Source of the DNA: a virus
Taxonomy: Duplodnaviria; Caudoviricetes
Reading direction: 5' to 3' (one strand)
IMG/VR virus record: IMGVR_UViG_3300045391_005708
Span: 16,759-80,758 of that record
DNA: 64,000 nt
Shown piece after piece: positions 24,615-34,200 of the stretch. How positions within the stretch are numbered: the stretch's first letter is position 1; each line of letters starts with the position of its first letter. Below the pieces are notes generated by a model. That model had not been told where the DNA came from, searched no databases, and was given only the letters and a program-made list of their open reading frames with translations. The translations under genes and the position numbers were made by a program.

Positions 24615-27600
24615 GGCCGCGGCCGAGGCCCTGCGCGCGAACCTGCCGGTCCGCAGCCCGCGCCGCCCGAGCCACTGCCGCACGTACATGCGGGTGGCGA
24701 ACGGCGGGGGCTCGGTGGAGCCCTGGAGGCTCTGCTCCAGCGCCCCCAGGTGGTTGAACATGTCGTCCAGCGCCGTGCCGACCGCGTTGGCCGCCTCGTC
24801 GCTGAACTCGCCGTTGTCGGCGGCCGCCATGAGAGTGCCCTCCAGGTTGGTGAGCCCGCTCTTGGCGGAGTCCAGGTCCCGCTTGTCGTAGTTGCCCTCG
24901 TCGACCCCGGAGGTCAGGGCGTCCAGGGCGTCCCTGAAGTTGCCCAGGTCCTGCCCGATCTTGTCGGAGGTCGTCGGGTCGACCTCGCCCTCCGTCGCGT
25001 CCATGAGCGTCTGCTCCAACTTGGACGCGGTGTCGGAGGACTGCCTGGCCAGCCTCTGCTGCTGGCTTCCCTCGCCCGGCGGGTTGGCGTCGACCGGGGG
25101 CGGCCCGGGCCTGCTCGGGGGAGACTCCCCGGCCGCGGGCGGCAGGCCCCCGCCCTGGCCGCGGGCGTCGGCCACGGCCCTCGACGCGGGGGTGCCCTTG
25201 GAGATCGCGGACGACGCCGCCTTCCTCTCCTCGGGGCTCATGCTCTCCCACTCCGCCTGGCTCACGCCGTCCGGCGCCTTCCCGGCGTCGGCCGCCCCGC
25301 CGCCGCCGGGCGCCGCCTCGGCCGGGGCGTCGCCGACGCCCTTGACGTAGATGTCGTTGTCGCCCCCGCCGAGCATCGTCTCCGGGTCGTCCAGGCCGTC
25401 GCCGACCTTGTAGGGGAACGTGTTCTCGTCCAGGCCGGGGCCGATCTCGGTGATGCGCCACCCGCCCTCGGCCGACGAGTCCTTGACGAAGTTGACGTTC
25501 AGGGGTTCCTGGCCGGTGACGACCTCCGTGCCCTCGGGCAGCGCGTTCAGGACCGCCTGGGCCTGGTCGTCGTGGTTCTGACTGTCGCCCGCCATCTCGT
25601 TGGGGTCCTGGACCCATCCGGTCTTGACCACGTGGTCCGCCACGGCGGGGTCGAGCCCCGCCTTCCCCAGCGCGTCCGCCAGGCCCGGGCCCGAGTCGGG
25701 GGTCTTGGGCGCGTCGCCGCCGGAGATGCCGTGCTCCAGAGCGTCGATGAGTCCCTGGGCCGCCTCCCGGTCCTTCGGGTTGGTGAGGTACCCGGCCGCG
25801 TTCTTGAGTCGGCTGACGGCCTCCTGGCGCACCTGGTCCGAGGTCTTGCCTCCTTCGGGGCCGAGGGCGCGCTCGTTGGACACGTCGGCCAGGATGTCCT
25901 CGAACGGCTGGGGGTCCACGCTCGGGGAGAGGTCGTCGTCGATGAGCGTCTGGAGCCCGCCCTCGACCTCCCCGACCCCCATGTCGTACTGGTTCTCGTC
26001 CTCCCCCGTGCCCTTGGGCGCGTCGCCGACGACGCCCTTGTCGCCGCCGCCCACGTCCCCGGCGTCCTTGCCCGCCGGTCCCTCCGCGTCGGCGCCGGGC
26101 AGGTCGCCGCCCGGGCCGCCGATGTCCCCCTGGCCCAGGAGGGACAGGTCGCTGTTCTTCACGGTGTCGACGGCGCCCCGCGCGGAGTCCAACTTGGCCC
26201 CGATGTCCGAGGCCGTCTTCTCGTCCAGGGCGCCGCTGTCGGCGAGGTCCTGGAGTTGGGCCTCGGTCTTCGACAGGGCCTCGTCGGCCGCGTTGGCGGC
26301 CGCCTTGGCGGCGTTTCCGTCGCCCCCGCGGAGCGAGTCGGAGGCGTCCTCTGCGGCCGTGACCGCGTCCTCGACGGACGACCCGATCGCGGACGCCTTG
26401 TCGCTGTCGACGCTGGCCGAGTCGAACGCGCTCATGAGGGCGGACTCCAGGTCCTTGACCCCCGAGTCGGGCATGTCGACCCACTGCCCGGCGTCGGGGT
26501 TGCCCTTCGGCACGCGCCACTGGTCGGGGTTGTAGGCGAGGGTCCCGAGGCCCCTCACGTACTCCCGGGTGCGGCGGACCTTGGCCCACGCCGCGGCCCG
26601 CTCCACCCGCGCCGCCAGGGCGGCCGCAGCCTCGCGGCGGTCCATCTCGCGGAAGCGCTCGCGCAGGGCGAGCAGGGAGTCCTCGTCCGAGAGGTCGACG
26701 GTCGTCCTGACCGGCGCCATGACCATGCCGCTGGCCACCAGGCTCTCGATCCCGCCGGACGCGACCAGGGCGCGGGTGCGGGGCACGGGGAAGCCCGGCA
26801 CGTTGACGCACAGGGCGCCGACGAGTTCGAGGCGGCCCTGGACCTTGCGCCAGTCGCCCGAGACGGGGGCGGCCCGGAGCGCCACCAGGTCGGCGTCCGG
26901 CCGGGCCGCCCCCGCGACCCAGATGCCGTGGGAGTCCTCACCGGCCACCACGTCGGCCCCGGCCAGGCCGGTGTGCTCGTAGTGGTAGATCGCGTCGGTG
27001 CTCGACAGCCGCTGGCCCGCGTGCAGGGTGTTCATGGTGATCTTGCCGGTCGCGACCTCGCCCTTGTCGGTGCGGGTCAGGCCGGTGCGGAAGTACGCGT
27101 AGTTGCTGGGCGAGGACGGCGGGCTCGTGCAGACGCCGTGGCCCTCCGGGCTGGCGATGTGGCACGTGCCCCAGAGGGCGATGTGGCCGTACACCCGGCC
27201 GTCGTCCTCCACGGTGAGGCCGGTCGGCTCGCCCAGGCCCGGGTTGGCGAACCACTCCCTGCGGGGGAGCGCCGGGGCGGCGCTGGCCGTCAGGCCGAAG
27301 TCCTCGGACTCCGCGGCGGTCGCGTGGGCGCGGGCCTTCTTCTCCTCCCACTCGGCCACGTCGGAGCACGCCTGGGCGCGGCTGGCCGCGTTGACCTGCT
27401 GGACCCCGGGGAAGTTCACGTCGCCGGTCGCGCACATCTTCTTGACGACGTTGACGGAGGTCGCGATCGCGTGGCTCTCGTCCATGCCCTTCTCCATCAG
27501 GTGCTTGTGGATGCGCTTGATGTAGCCGGGCAGGCCGCCCACGTCCTCGACCCAGTTGAACTCGTCGCTGGCCAGCGTGTCCACGTCATAGAGGTCCAGG

Positions 27601-28184
27601 TCGAACTGCTCCGGCTGGCTCGTGGCGATGCGGGCTCCCTCGAACGCCGGGATCGCGACCTGGGTGGCGGCGCGGACGCGGCCCTCCAGGATCTTCATGC
27701 TCATGTTGCCGGGCTCGTCCGGCTCCTCGACGAGGATGTCGTCCAGGTCCATCGACACGCCGGGGGTCAGGTCCTCGTCCACCTGGCGGTACGCCTCGCG
27801 GCCGTACTCGCTGCCCAGGTCGCTGGAGCCGGAGCCCCAGATGACCGTGGCGTCCTTGAACGACTCGGGCATCGGGTCCTTGCCGTTCCTGGCCAGGCGC
27901 TCGTTGGCCTCGTCGTAGTCGATGCGCTCGATGTCCTCGACCTTGCCGACGACGACGGCGCCGTCGTGGGCGCCCACGTCCTTCTCGACCCAGCGCAGCG
28001 GGATCGGCAGGGAGTCCCAGCGCAGCGCGCCCTTCTCGATGTACCGGCCGTCGCCGGTCGCCATGCCCTCCAGGCCGATCGGCCCCTCCCAGTGCGCCTT
28101 CTGGGTGCCGGTCGTCTCGGGCACCACGTCGGCGTCCGCCGCCGCGAGGCGGCCGTGCTGGCAGGGCAGGCACTCCGTGGTCAT
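24606..28184 (-). CDS. capsid maturation protease with inserted domain and long C-terminal extension (about 1192 aa)
   Basis: ATG 28184; GLEGMATGDGR..LPIPLRW..HDGA.VVG; GRVYGHIALWGTCH; SGDWR; LCVNVPGFPV. Confidence 0.85.
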   Translation of the reverse strand: MTTECLPCQHGRLAAADADVVPETTGTQKAHWEGPIGLEGMATGDGRYIEKGALRWDSLPIPLRWVEKDVGAHDGAVVVGKVEDIERIDYDEANERLARNGKDPMPESFKDATVIWGSGSSDLGSEYGREAYRQVDEDLTPGVSMDLDDILVEEPDEPGNMSMKILEGRVRAATQVAIPAFEGARIATSQPEQFDLDLYDVDTLASDEFNWVEDVGGLPGYIKRIHKHLMEKGMDESHAIATSVNVVKKMCATGDVNFPGVQQVNAASRAQACSDVAEWEEKKARAHATAAESEDFGLTASAAPALPRREWFANPGLGEPTGLTVEDDGRVYGHIALWGTCHIASPEGHGVCTSPPSSPSNYAYFRTGLTRTDKGEVATGKITMNTLHAGQRLSSTDAIYHYEHTGLAGADVVAGEDSHGIWVAGAARPDADLVALRAAPVSGDWRKVQGRLELVGALCVNVPGFPVPRTRALVASGGIESLVASGMVMAPVRTTVDLSDEDSLLALRERFREMDRREAAAALAARVERAAAWAKVRRTREYVRGLGTLAYNPDQWRVPKGNPDAGQWVDMPDSGVKDLESALMSAFDSASVDSDKASAIGSSVEDAVTAAEDASDSLRGGDGNAAKAAANAADEALSKTEAQLQDLADSGALDEKTASDIGAKLDSARGAVDTVKNSDLSLLGQGDIGGPGGDLPGADAEGPAGKDAGDVGGGDKGVVGDAPKGTGEDENQYDMGVGEVEGGLQTLIDDDLSPSVDPQPFEDILADVSNERALGPEGGKTSDQVRQEAVSRLKNAAGYLTNPKDREAAQGLIDALEHGISGGDAPKTPDSGPGLADALGKAGLDPAVADHVVKTGWVQDPNEMAGDSQNHDDQAQAVLNALPEGTEVVTGQEPLNVNFVKDSSAEGGWRITEIGPGLDENTFPYKVGDGLDDPETMLGGGDNDIYVKGVGDAPAEAAPGGGGAADAGKAPDGVSQAEWESMSPEERKAASSAISKGTPASRAVADARGQGGGLPPAAGESPPSRPGPPPVDANPPGEGSQQQRLARQSSDTASKLEQTLMDATEGEVDPTTSDKIGQDLGNFRDALDALTSGVDEGNYDKRDLDSAKSGLTNLEGTLMAAADNGEFSDEAANAVGTALDDMFNHLGALEQSLQGSTEPPPFATRMYVRQWLGRRGLRTGRFARRASAAAGV

Positions 28185-28209
28185 GTGCGGGGTCCTCTCG
28201 TCGCAGGAG

Positions 28210-28250
28210 GCCCGGCACATACACCAGCGGCTACGCGCCCATCATACCCC
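28210..28250 (-). promoter_or_regulatory. late promoter and conserved 23-bp leader upstream of protease
   Basis: GGGG-TATGAT at 28241-28250, second copy of the 23-mer at 28210-28232. Confidence 0.7.
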
Positions 28251-28264
28251 TCGGGGGCTTCCGG

Positions 28265-28495
28265 TCAGGAGCCGACGTCCTCTGTCTGGTACAGGTGCTG
28301 CAGGAAGTCGCTCGGCGTACCGGCGTCGTCCCACTGAAGGTCCACCTGCCCCCCGCGGTCCGCGATGTCCCGCATCTCCTGGACCAGGGTGTCGTAGAGG
28401 GCGCCCTCCTCGTCGCCCTGGACGACGGCCTCCTTGGGCTTGCCGAGTGAGGCCGCCCGGGCCAGCGCGTCCACCCTGTCGGTCGCCACGGTCAC
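28265..28495 (-). CDS. small acidic protein (76 aa), candidate antitoxin/immunity for the zeta-like domain
   Basis: GTG 28495 overlaps the stop of the zeta-domain gene (GTGA); acidic helical sequence. Confidence 0.6.
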   Translation of the reverse strand: MTVATDRVDALARAASLGKPKEAVVQGDEEGALYDTLVQEMRDIADRGGQVDLQWDDAGTPSDFLQHLYQTEDVGS

Positions 28496-31251
28496 TTCCC
28501 TCTCCCTTCCCCCAGCGCCCTGAAGGCGTCGTACTTGGCCTGGTCCGCCACGACCAGCCTCCCCCCGACGTTTCGCGCGAGGAGCGTCGGCGGCTTGGTC
28601 GTGGTGTCGTACAGTTCGAAGCCGTCGAAGCGCGGCGCGAGGTCCGGCACGATGCTGGCCACCGACCTGTGCGTCTCCTCCAGGTAGGCGGGCGGGATGA
28701 ACCTCCCCGTCTTCTCGCCCCTGGCCTGCGCCCTGGCGAGCGCCTCCTCGATCGGCACGGTCGCGTAGATCCCGCGCGTCGTGTAGCCAGCCTCCCGCGC
28801 CTCGTCCAACTTCCCGCCCATCTTCTCGGCCGAGTGGTCCCCGGTCCCGTCCAGCACCACGTCCAGGCCTCGCGCGATCGCGGCCTGCCGGAGCCGCATC
28901 GCGATCATGGACGACTCCTCGTGCACGTAGGCCGCCGCGCCCGGGTCCTTGCGGGCCAGGCCCTCCTGGTACTCGGGGATGTCGCCCTTGATGTCGTCGG
29001 CGTTGATGAAGACGGCGCTCTCCGGCGAGGGGAAGTTCCCCGGGTCGGAGTTGACGATCGTGCTCTTCCCGGCCGCCGGGCCGCCGCCCATGAAGGTGAA
29101 GGTCTTCTCGCCGGAGGGGTTGGGGCGCACGTCCCCGAGGTACTTGGCGACGATCCTGTCGTGCAGGGCCTGTCGCTCCGGGGAGAGGTGGCCGTCCGGG
29201 GTGATGTACTTGGCGACGGACCAGGCCGGGTCGACCTCGCCCAGGTGGACCCGCGACCCGACGTCCCCCTCGCCCCCGGCGCCCACGTCCCCGCGCGAGT
29301 CCGCGCCCGGGTCGTACAGGGTCCAGTCGGCGTCGGCCAGGCTCTCCAGGTCGTCCGCGGCCTGGGTGCCGCGCAGGGCGTCGGCGGCCGCGCGGAGCGG
29401 CGCCGGGTCGTCGCCGGGCTCCCACGATGCCGCGGCGTCGGCCACGTCCTCGGGCAGGTCCAGGCCGCCGACGATCTTGCCCGGGCTGTCGACCCAGCGG
29501 CCGGACAGGCCGCCGTTGCCCTTGGGGACGCGGAGTTCGCCCTCCCACGGCGCGCCGGAGGCCGCCACGGAGTCCGGCTGTCCGGTCAAGGGGAACTCGT
29601 GGCGCTCGTCGCCCCACCACAGCGCGACCGCGTCGAACGGGATGGCCACCACGTCCTGCGCGGCCTCCAGGTCCTCGTCGGCCAGGCCGGGCTCTTCGTC
29701 GCTGCCCCGGTAGCCGACCGTCACGTGGGGCGTGTACTCGGGGTACTTCGTGGCGCCGGAGTCCTGGTACATGCTGTCCAGTTCGCTGTCCACGCTGTCG
29801 CCCCCGCCCAGGGCCTCGAACAGGGCCTGGAGTTCCGGGCTGTCCAGCATCCAGACCTGCGCGCCGGAGTCGCCCAGGGGCTCGACGCCCCTGACGGTCG
29901 CCGCGAACGGCGGGGTGGACCCGGCCACGACCCTGGCGCAGTCGAGGAACAGCGCCTTGCTGGACAGCATCCGCTGGCCGTCCTCGCTGGCGGACGGCTC
30001 GCCGAAGTACGCCAGGGTCGCGTGCTTCTCCTCGGGTCCGATGTAGTGGACCACGGCGTCGTCGTGGGGGATCGCCGCGAACATGATCGAGGGGTCCTCC
30101 GGGTCCGCGCTCGCCCCGCTGGCCAGCGTCTCCGTCCCGGCGGCCGCGTTCTCCAGGCCCTTGATCGCGTCCTGCAGTTGCCTCCTCTGCCCGGGCTCCA
30201 TCTTGTCGGCCCAGCCGTCCAGGAGCCCCTTGACGCTGTTGATGACGCTCTTGACGAGGGCCGCGTCTCCCCCGCCCCCGCCGCCCCCGCCGGGCTGCCC
30301 GGCCCCGGCCGGGGACGACGGGGAGCCCCTGCCCGGCGCGGCCTTCTTGGCCGCCGGGCCGCCCTGCTTGCCTCCCCCGCTGCCGCCCTTGTGTCCCCCG
30401 CCGCCGTGGTGCGGCGCCGCGGCCTGGCCGTTGATGAACGCCTCGGCGTTCTTCTTGATCTTCTCCATGAGGGCCTGGACCTGCGGGCCGGAGAGGTCGG
30501 CCATGAGCGGCCCGAGCGCCTTGAGGATGCCCTCCATGAGCCGCTGCACGCGCTGGGCCTTGCTCAACTTCGGGGGCTTCTTCGCGGGGGCCGCCGGGGC
30601 CTTCTTGGCCGGTGCCTTCTTGCCCGCTCCGCCGCCCGAGCCCTTGGGGATGAATCGCCCGCCCTTCGGCGTCCCGGCGTCGCCGCGCGGGTGGGCGCTC
30701 TCGTCCCAGTTCGGGTCGCCGGTCTTGGTCGGCTTCATCCTGGTCGGGTAGCCCGGCCCCCGGCCCTTCTTGGCCGGGGGGCTGGCCTCGGGGGCCGGGG
30801 GTCGGGCCGTCTCGGGGTCGCCGGGCCGCGAGACGAGCGCCTCGGGGGCGAACAGCCGGAGGAGCGCGTCCTCCTCGCTACCGGCGAAGATGTCGACCAG
30901 GGCGGCCAGGTCCTCCTCGTCGTCCGCCTGGTCGTCCAGGTCCGCGTCGCTGCCGGGGAACCTCGCCCCGACGTACTCGTCCGCCAGCGGGCCGTCCGGC
31001 ACCGCCCAGGGGTCCTCCCCCTCGCGGACGGCCAGGGCGTTGCCCCTGATGTCGGGGGCCGCGTCGTCCGTGTACCACACGAGCCAGATCCCCAGGAACG
31101 TGTTGGGGACCAGGCTCGACGCCTGGACCGTCAGGCCCTCCGTGCCGCGCTGCCCGTCCAGCCACCCCTGGGCCTTCGCGACCGCGGCCTCGGGCGCCAT
31201 GAGCGGCGCCTGCTGGGCCGGGTCGTCCACCATGAGTTCGTCGAGGTCCAT
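28492..31251 (-). CDS. multidomain protein: Imm35/YrhB-like N-terminus, Lys/Ala-rich linker, 2H phosphoesterase, zeta-toxin-type P-loop kinase (919 aa)
   Basis: ATG 31251 overlaps MuF stop; HATL (about 30022) and HVTV (about 29725) 2H motifs; MGGGPAAGKST, INADDIK, VHEESS, VVLDGT zeta motifs. Confidence 0.85.
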   Translation of the reverse strand: MDLDELMVDDPAQQAPLMAPEAAVAKAQGWLDGQRGTEGLTVQASSLVPNTFLGIWLVWYTDDAAPDIRGNALAVREGEDPWAVPDGPLADEYVGARFPGSDADLDDQADDEEDLAALVDIFAGSEEDALLRLFAPEALVSRPGDPETARPPAPEASPPAKKGRGPGYPTRMKPTKTGDPNWDESAHPRGDAGTPKGGRFIPKGSGGGAGKKAPAKKAPAAPAKKPPKLSKAQRVQRLMEGILKALGPLMADLSGPQVQALMEKIKKNAEAFINGQAAAPHHGGGGHKGGSGGGKQGGPAAKKAAPGRGSPSSPAGAGQPGGGGGGGGDAALVKSVINSVKGLLDGWADKMEPGQRRQLQDAIKGLENAAAGTETLASGASADPEDPSIMFAAIPHDDAVVHYIGPEEKHATLAYFGEPSASEDGQRMLSSKALFLDCARVVAGSTPPFAATVRGVEPLGDSGAQVWMLDSPELQALFEALGGGDSVDSELDSMYQDSGATKYPEYTPHVTVGYRGSDEEPGLADEDLEAAQDVVAIPFDAVALWWGDERHEFPLTGQPDSVAASGAPWEGELRVPKGNGGLSGRWVDSPGKIVGGLDLPEDVADAAASWEPGDDPAPLRAAADALRGTQAADDLESLADADWTLYDPGADSRGDVGAGGEGDVGSRVHLGEVDPAWSVAKYITPDGHLSPERQALHDRIVAKYLGDVRPNPSGEKTFTFMGGGPAAGKSTIVNSDPGNFPSPESAVFINADDIKGDIPEYQEGLARKDPGAAAYVHEESSMIAMRLRQAAIARGLDVVLDGTGDHSAEKMGGKLDEAREAGYTTRGIYATVPIEEALARAQARGEKTGRFIPPAYLEETHRSVASIVPDLAPRFDGFELYDTTTKPPTLLARNVGGRLVVADQAKYDAFRALGEGRGK

Positions 31252-34200
31252 CACTTCAGCCTGTTCTCGTCCCGGGGCAGGACCGGCGCGCTCGTCCCGA
31301 CCTGCCTGAACTTCTCCCACTCCGGGTGCGTCTTCAGGTGGGTCAGCGCCTTGGCGGCCTCGGTGTACTCCGCCGACGCCGCGGCCCGGGCCTCGCTTAG
31401 CCGCACCCACTCCGGGTCGTCGGTCCGCGGGGTGAGGGGCTCCCCGGGCAGGCGGCTGTTGTACAGCGCCGTCTCTCGCTTCCTCATCGCCTCGTACAGT
31501 TTGTTGCTCCTGACGGCCGCCTCGCGGCGGCGCGCCTTGGCGGCCGCCAGGGCCTTGCCGAAGTCCGGGTCCAGGCCGTTCACGTCCTGGGTGAACGACG
31601 GCGGGGACAGCATGGCCTCCACGTCCTTGGCCAGCGGCTTGTCGTCGAGGCGCATCAACTCGACGCTCCGCCACCCCATGTCGCCCCAGTAGTCGCCCTC
31701 CGGCGGGGGCTGGACGACGGCGCCGGTCTGGGCGTCGTAGAAGGTGACCGAGCCGTCCTCGTTCCGCTCCCAGTTCCAGATGTGGCCGCTGCTCCGGCCG
31801 GTCCAGTCGGCGTCGATCGTGCCGCGGCTGCCCGGCGGGTAGCGGTCGACGGTCGGGGTCGTCCGGCCGTCGTCAGGGCCGAAGTCCTTCTGCGTCAGCG
31901 CGGCGACGACCCGCTCGTACTTCCCCTTGGCCCTCGTGCCCTTGGGGATCTCGACGCGCTCGCTGCTCGTCCAGGTGACCCCGCGGAACCAGACGCCGTA
32001 CGCGCCGCGCGGGTTGCGGCCGTGGTCGGCGCGCTTGGGGTGCACGTCGAGGCCCCGGCGGCGCAGTTCGTACGCGGCGCTGGCCAGCACGCAGTTGTGG
32101 TTCTTCTGCCCGGCCTGCTCGCGCACGGTGTAGAACTGGCCGACAGCCGCGATCACCTCCTCGGGGTGGGTGGACTCCGGCGGCAGCCCGCCGTACCGGC
32201 CCGCCAGGTCGGCGTGCACGTCGGACTCCGCCTGCATCGTCAGGCGCTGCATCACGGCGTCCAACTCGTCCTTCTTGGCCATGAGGGCGCGGCCGACCGG
32301 GGTCTGCTCGGCGCCCGTGAACCGCAGGCTGCGGAGGGCGGAGCCCCACTTGTTGAGGTCGGAGTTCATCGCCGCGGCCGACATGTCCATGAGGAGCGGG
32401 GCCTGGCTGTAGACCCAGCCCTCGCCGACTGTCTCCCGGCCGGGGTGGTACCGCTGCCAGATCGCCAGGTCCGTGATCGCCGCGGACAGGTCCTCCGGCC
32501 TCTTCGCGGACAGCGCCCGGTTCAGGTGCCGCTCCCCCTCGCCGTCCAGTTGCCACTCGTCCGGCTTGAAGAGGCTGTCCTCCCACGCCTGCCGCACGTC
32601 GATCAGGGCCTCGCTGGTGTCCGGCCAGGGCTTCGGCATCAACTTCGCCGCCACCTTGGCCTTCATCATCGCGTCGTGGAACTTGCCCTCGTCGTTGTAC
32701 TTCAGGCCGAGGAGCGCGCTGTTCAGCAGGCCGGGCATGACGCGGTACTGCTCCTCCTGCTCCGGCGTCAGCGTGGCCTGGTTGCCCTCCGTGGAGTAGT
32801 ACGTCCGCTCGGCGTGGACGCGCTCGACCAACTGCCTCAGCGCCGCCCGCGCCGCCTCCCGCCGGGCCGCCCCGGGCTGCCCCTCCGTCGACGGCAGGAC
32901 GGCGTTCAGCGCGTCGACGTAGCGCGCGTGGGGGCCGGGCGGGGCCTTCGGGGGCAGGGTGGCCCCGGCGTACTTAACGGCGTACGCGGGCACGTCCTCC
33001 TGGGCCAGGTAAGGCGGCCAGTAGCCCAGGCCGTCCTTGAAGTGGTAGGCGCCCCCGACGCTGTTGCAGTAGAGGCCCAGGCTCTCCACGTCCATCGGGC
33101 TGTCGAGGAGGATCACGGGGTCGATCTCGACGTTGCCCGTGTCCTCGTTGCGGAACACGCCCAGGTGGAACTTCTGGTACGGCAGGACCTCGGCGAAGTC
33201 GGCCTTGGCCTTGTCCATCGCGTTGGCGACCTCCACGTCCGAGGACCCGATGGGCACGGTGACCGTCTCGACGCCGGGGCTCTTGGCCGTGATCGCGTAC
33301 TTCAGGGCGTACTCGTCGCTCTCGGGGTCGACGACCTCGCCCGTGTGCGCGTCGATGGTGACGCCGCCCCACTCCTCCTTGACGGCCCTGGCGGCCTTGG
33401 CCTTCAGCAGGCCCCAGCCGCCGCCCTCCAGGCCGGTCGCCGGGGACTGGTTGTCCATGAGGTCCTGGAACTGCGCGGCCCCCTGCCGGTACAGGTCCTC
33501 GTACGTCGCCAGGTCCACCGCGCGGGTGCGCGGCGTGTCGGGGTTGCTCAGCCGGTCGCGCGTCATGGGGACCGGCGGGAAGTCGACCTCGGGCGGCACG
33601 TCCGGCATGGTGTCCGGCGTCGGCGTCTCGTCGATGTCCGGGTTGTCTTCTCCCAGGGGCGGCGGGTCCTCGCCTCCGGGCTCCTCCAGGGCGGCCTTCA
33701 AGCCGTCCACGTCCCACCCGTAGAAGGCGCTCCCCAGCCCCTCGGGGTCCTCGACGATCCCCTTGCGCCGCGTCCACCACGGCGCCGAGGCCGGGGTGGG
33801 CTCCACGTACAGGGCGACCCCGTCGCCCAGGGCCTTGCGCTGCGCCGCCTCCAGGAGCCTGGCCCCGGCCCCCTTCTGGAGGGACCCCAGGTAGTCCAGC
33901 ACGTAGTAGGCGGGGTTCCCGTCCTCGTCGGTCTCGTGCTTGACCAGCCCGGCGGCCCCGCGGAGGTTCCCGCCGTCGTCCAGGTCGGCGACGACCGTGG
34001 CGGCGTCCCCGAAGTCCCTGGCGGCCTCCAGGGCGCGGCGGGTGAACTCCGCGCGGTCGTCCTCGCCCTCGACCGTGGCGGCGAGGCGGGCCGCCTCCGC
34101 CGCGTCGACCTCCCGGGGGCCGGGACCGGCGTTCGACGGGTCGTCCTCGGGCGCGTCCGGCGCGACCTGCTTCAGGGTCCCGTCCTTCTCGAAGCCGTGC

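Noticed and set aside
22281-28337. 2018-aa plus-strand ORF
   Set aside because: Antisense shadow of the capsid and protease genes; typical of high-GC codon bias, with no motifs or RBS.
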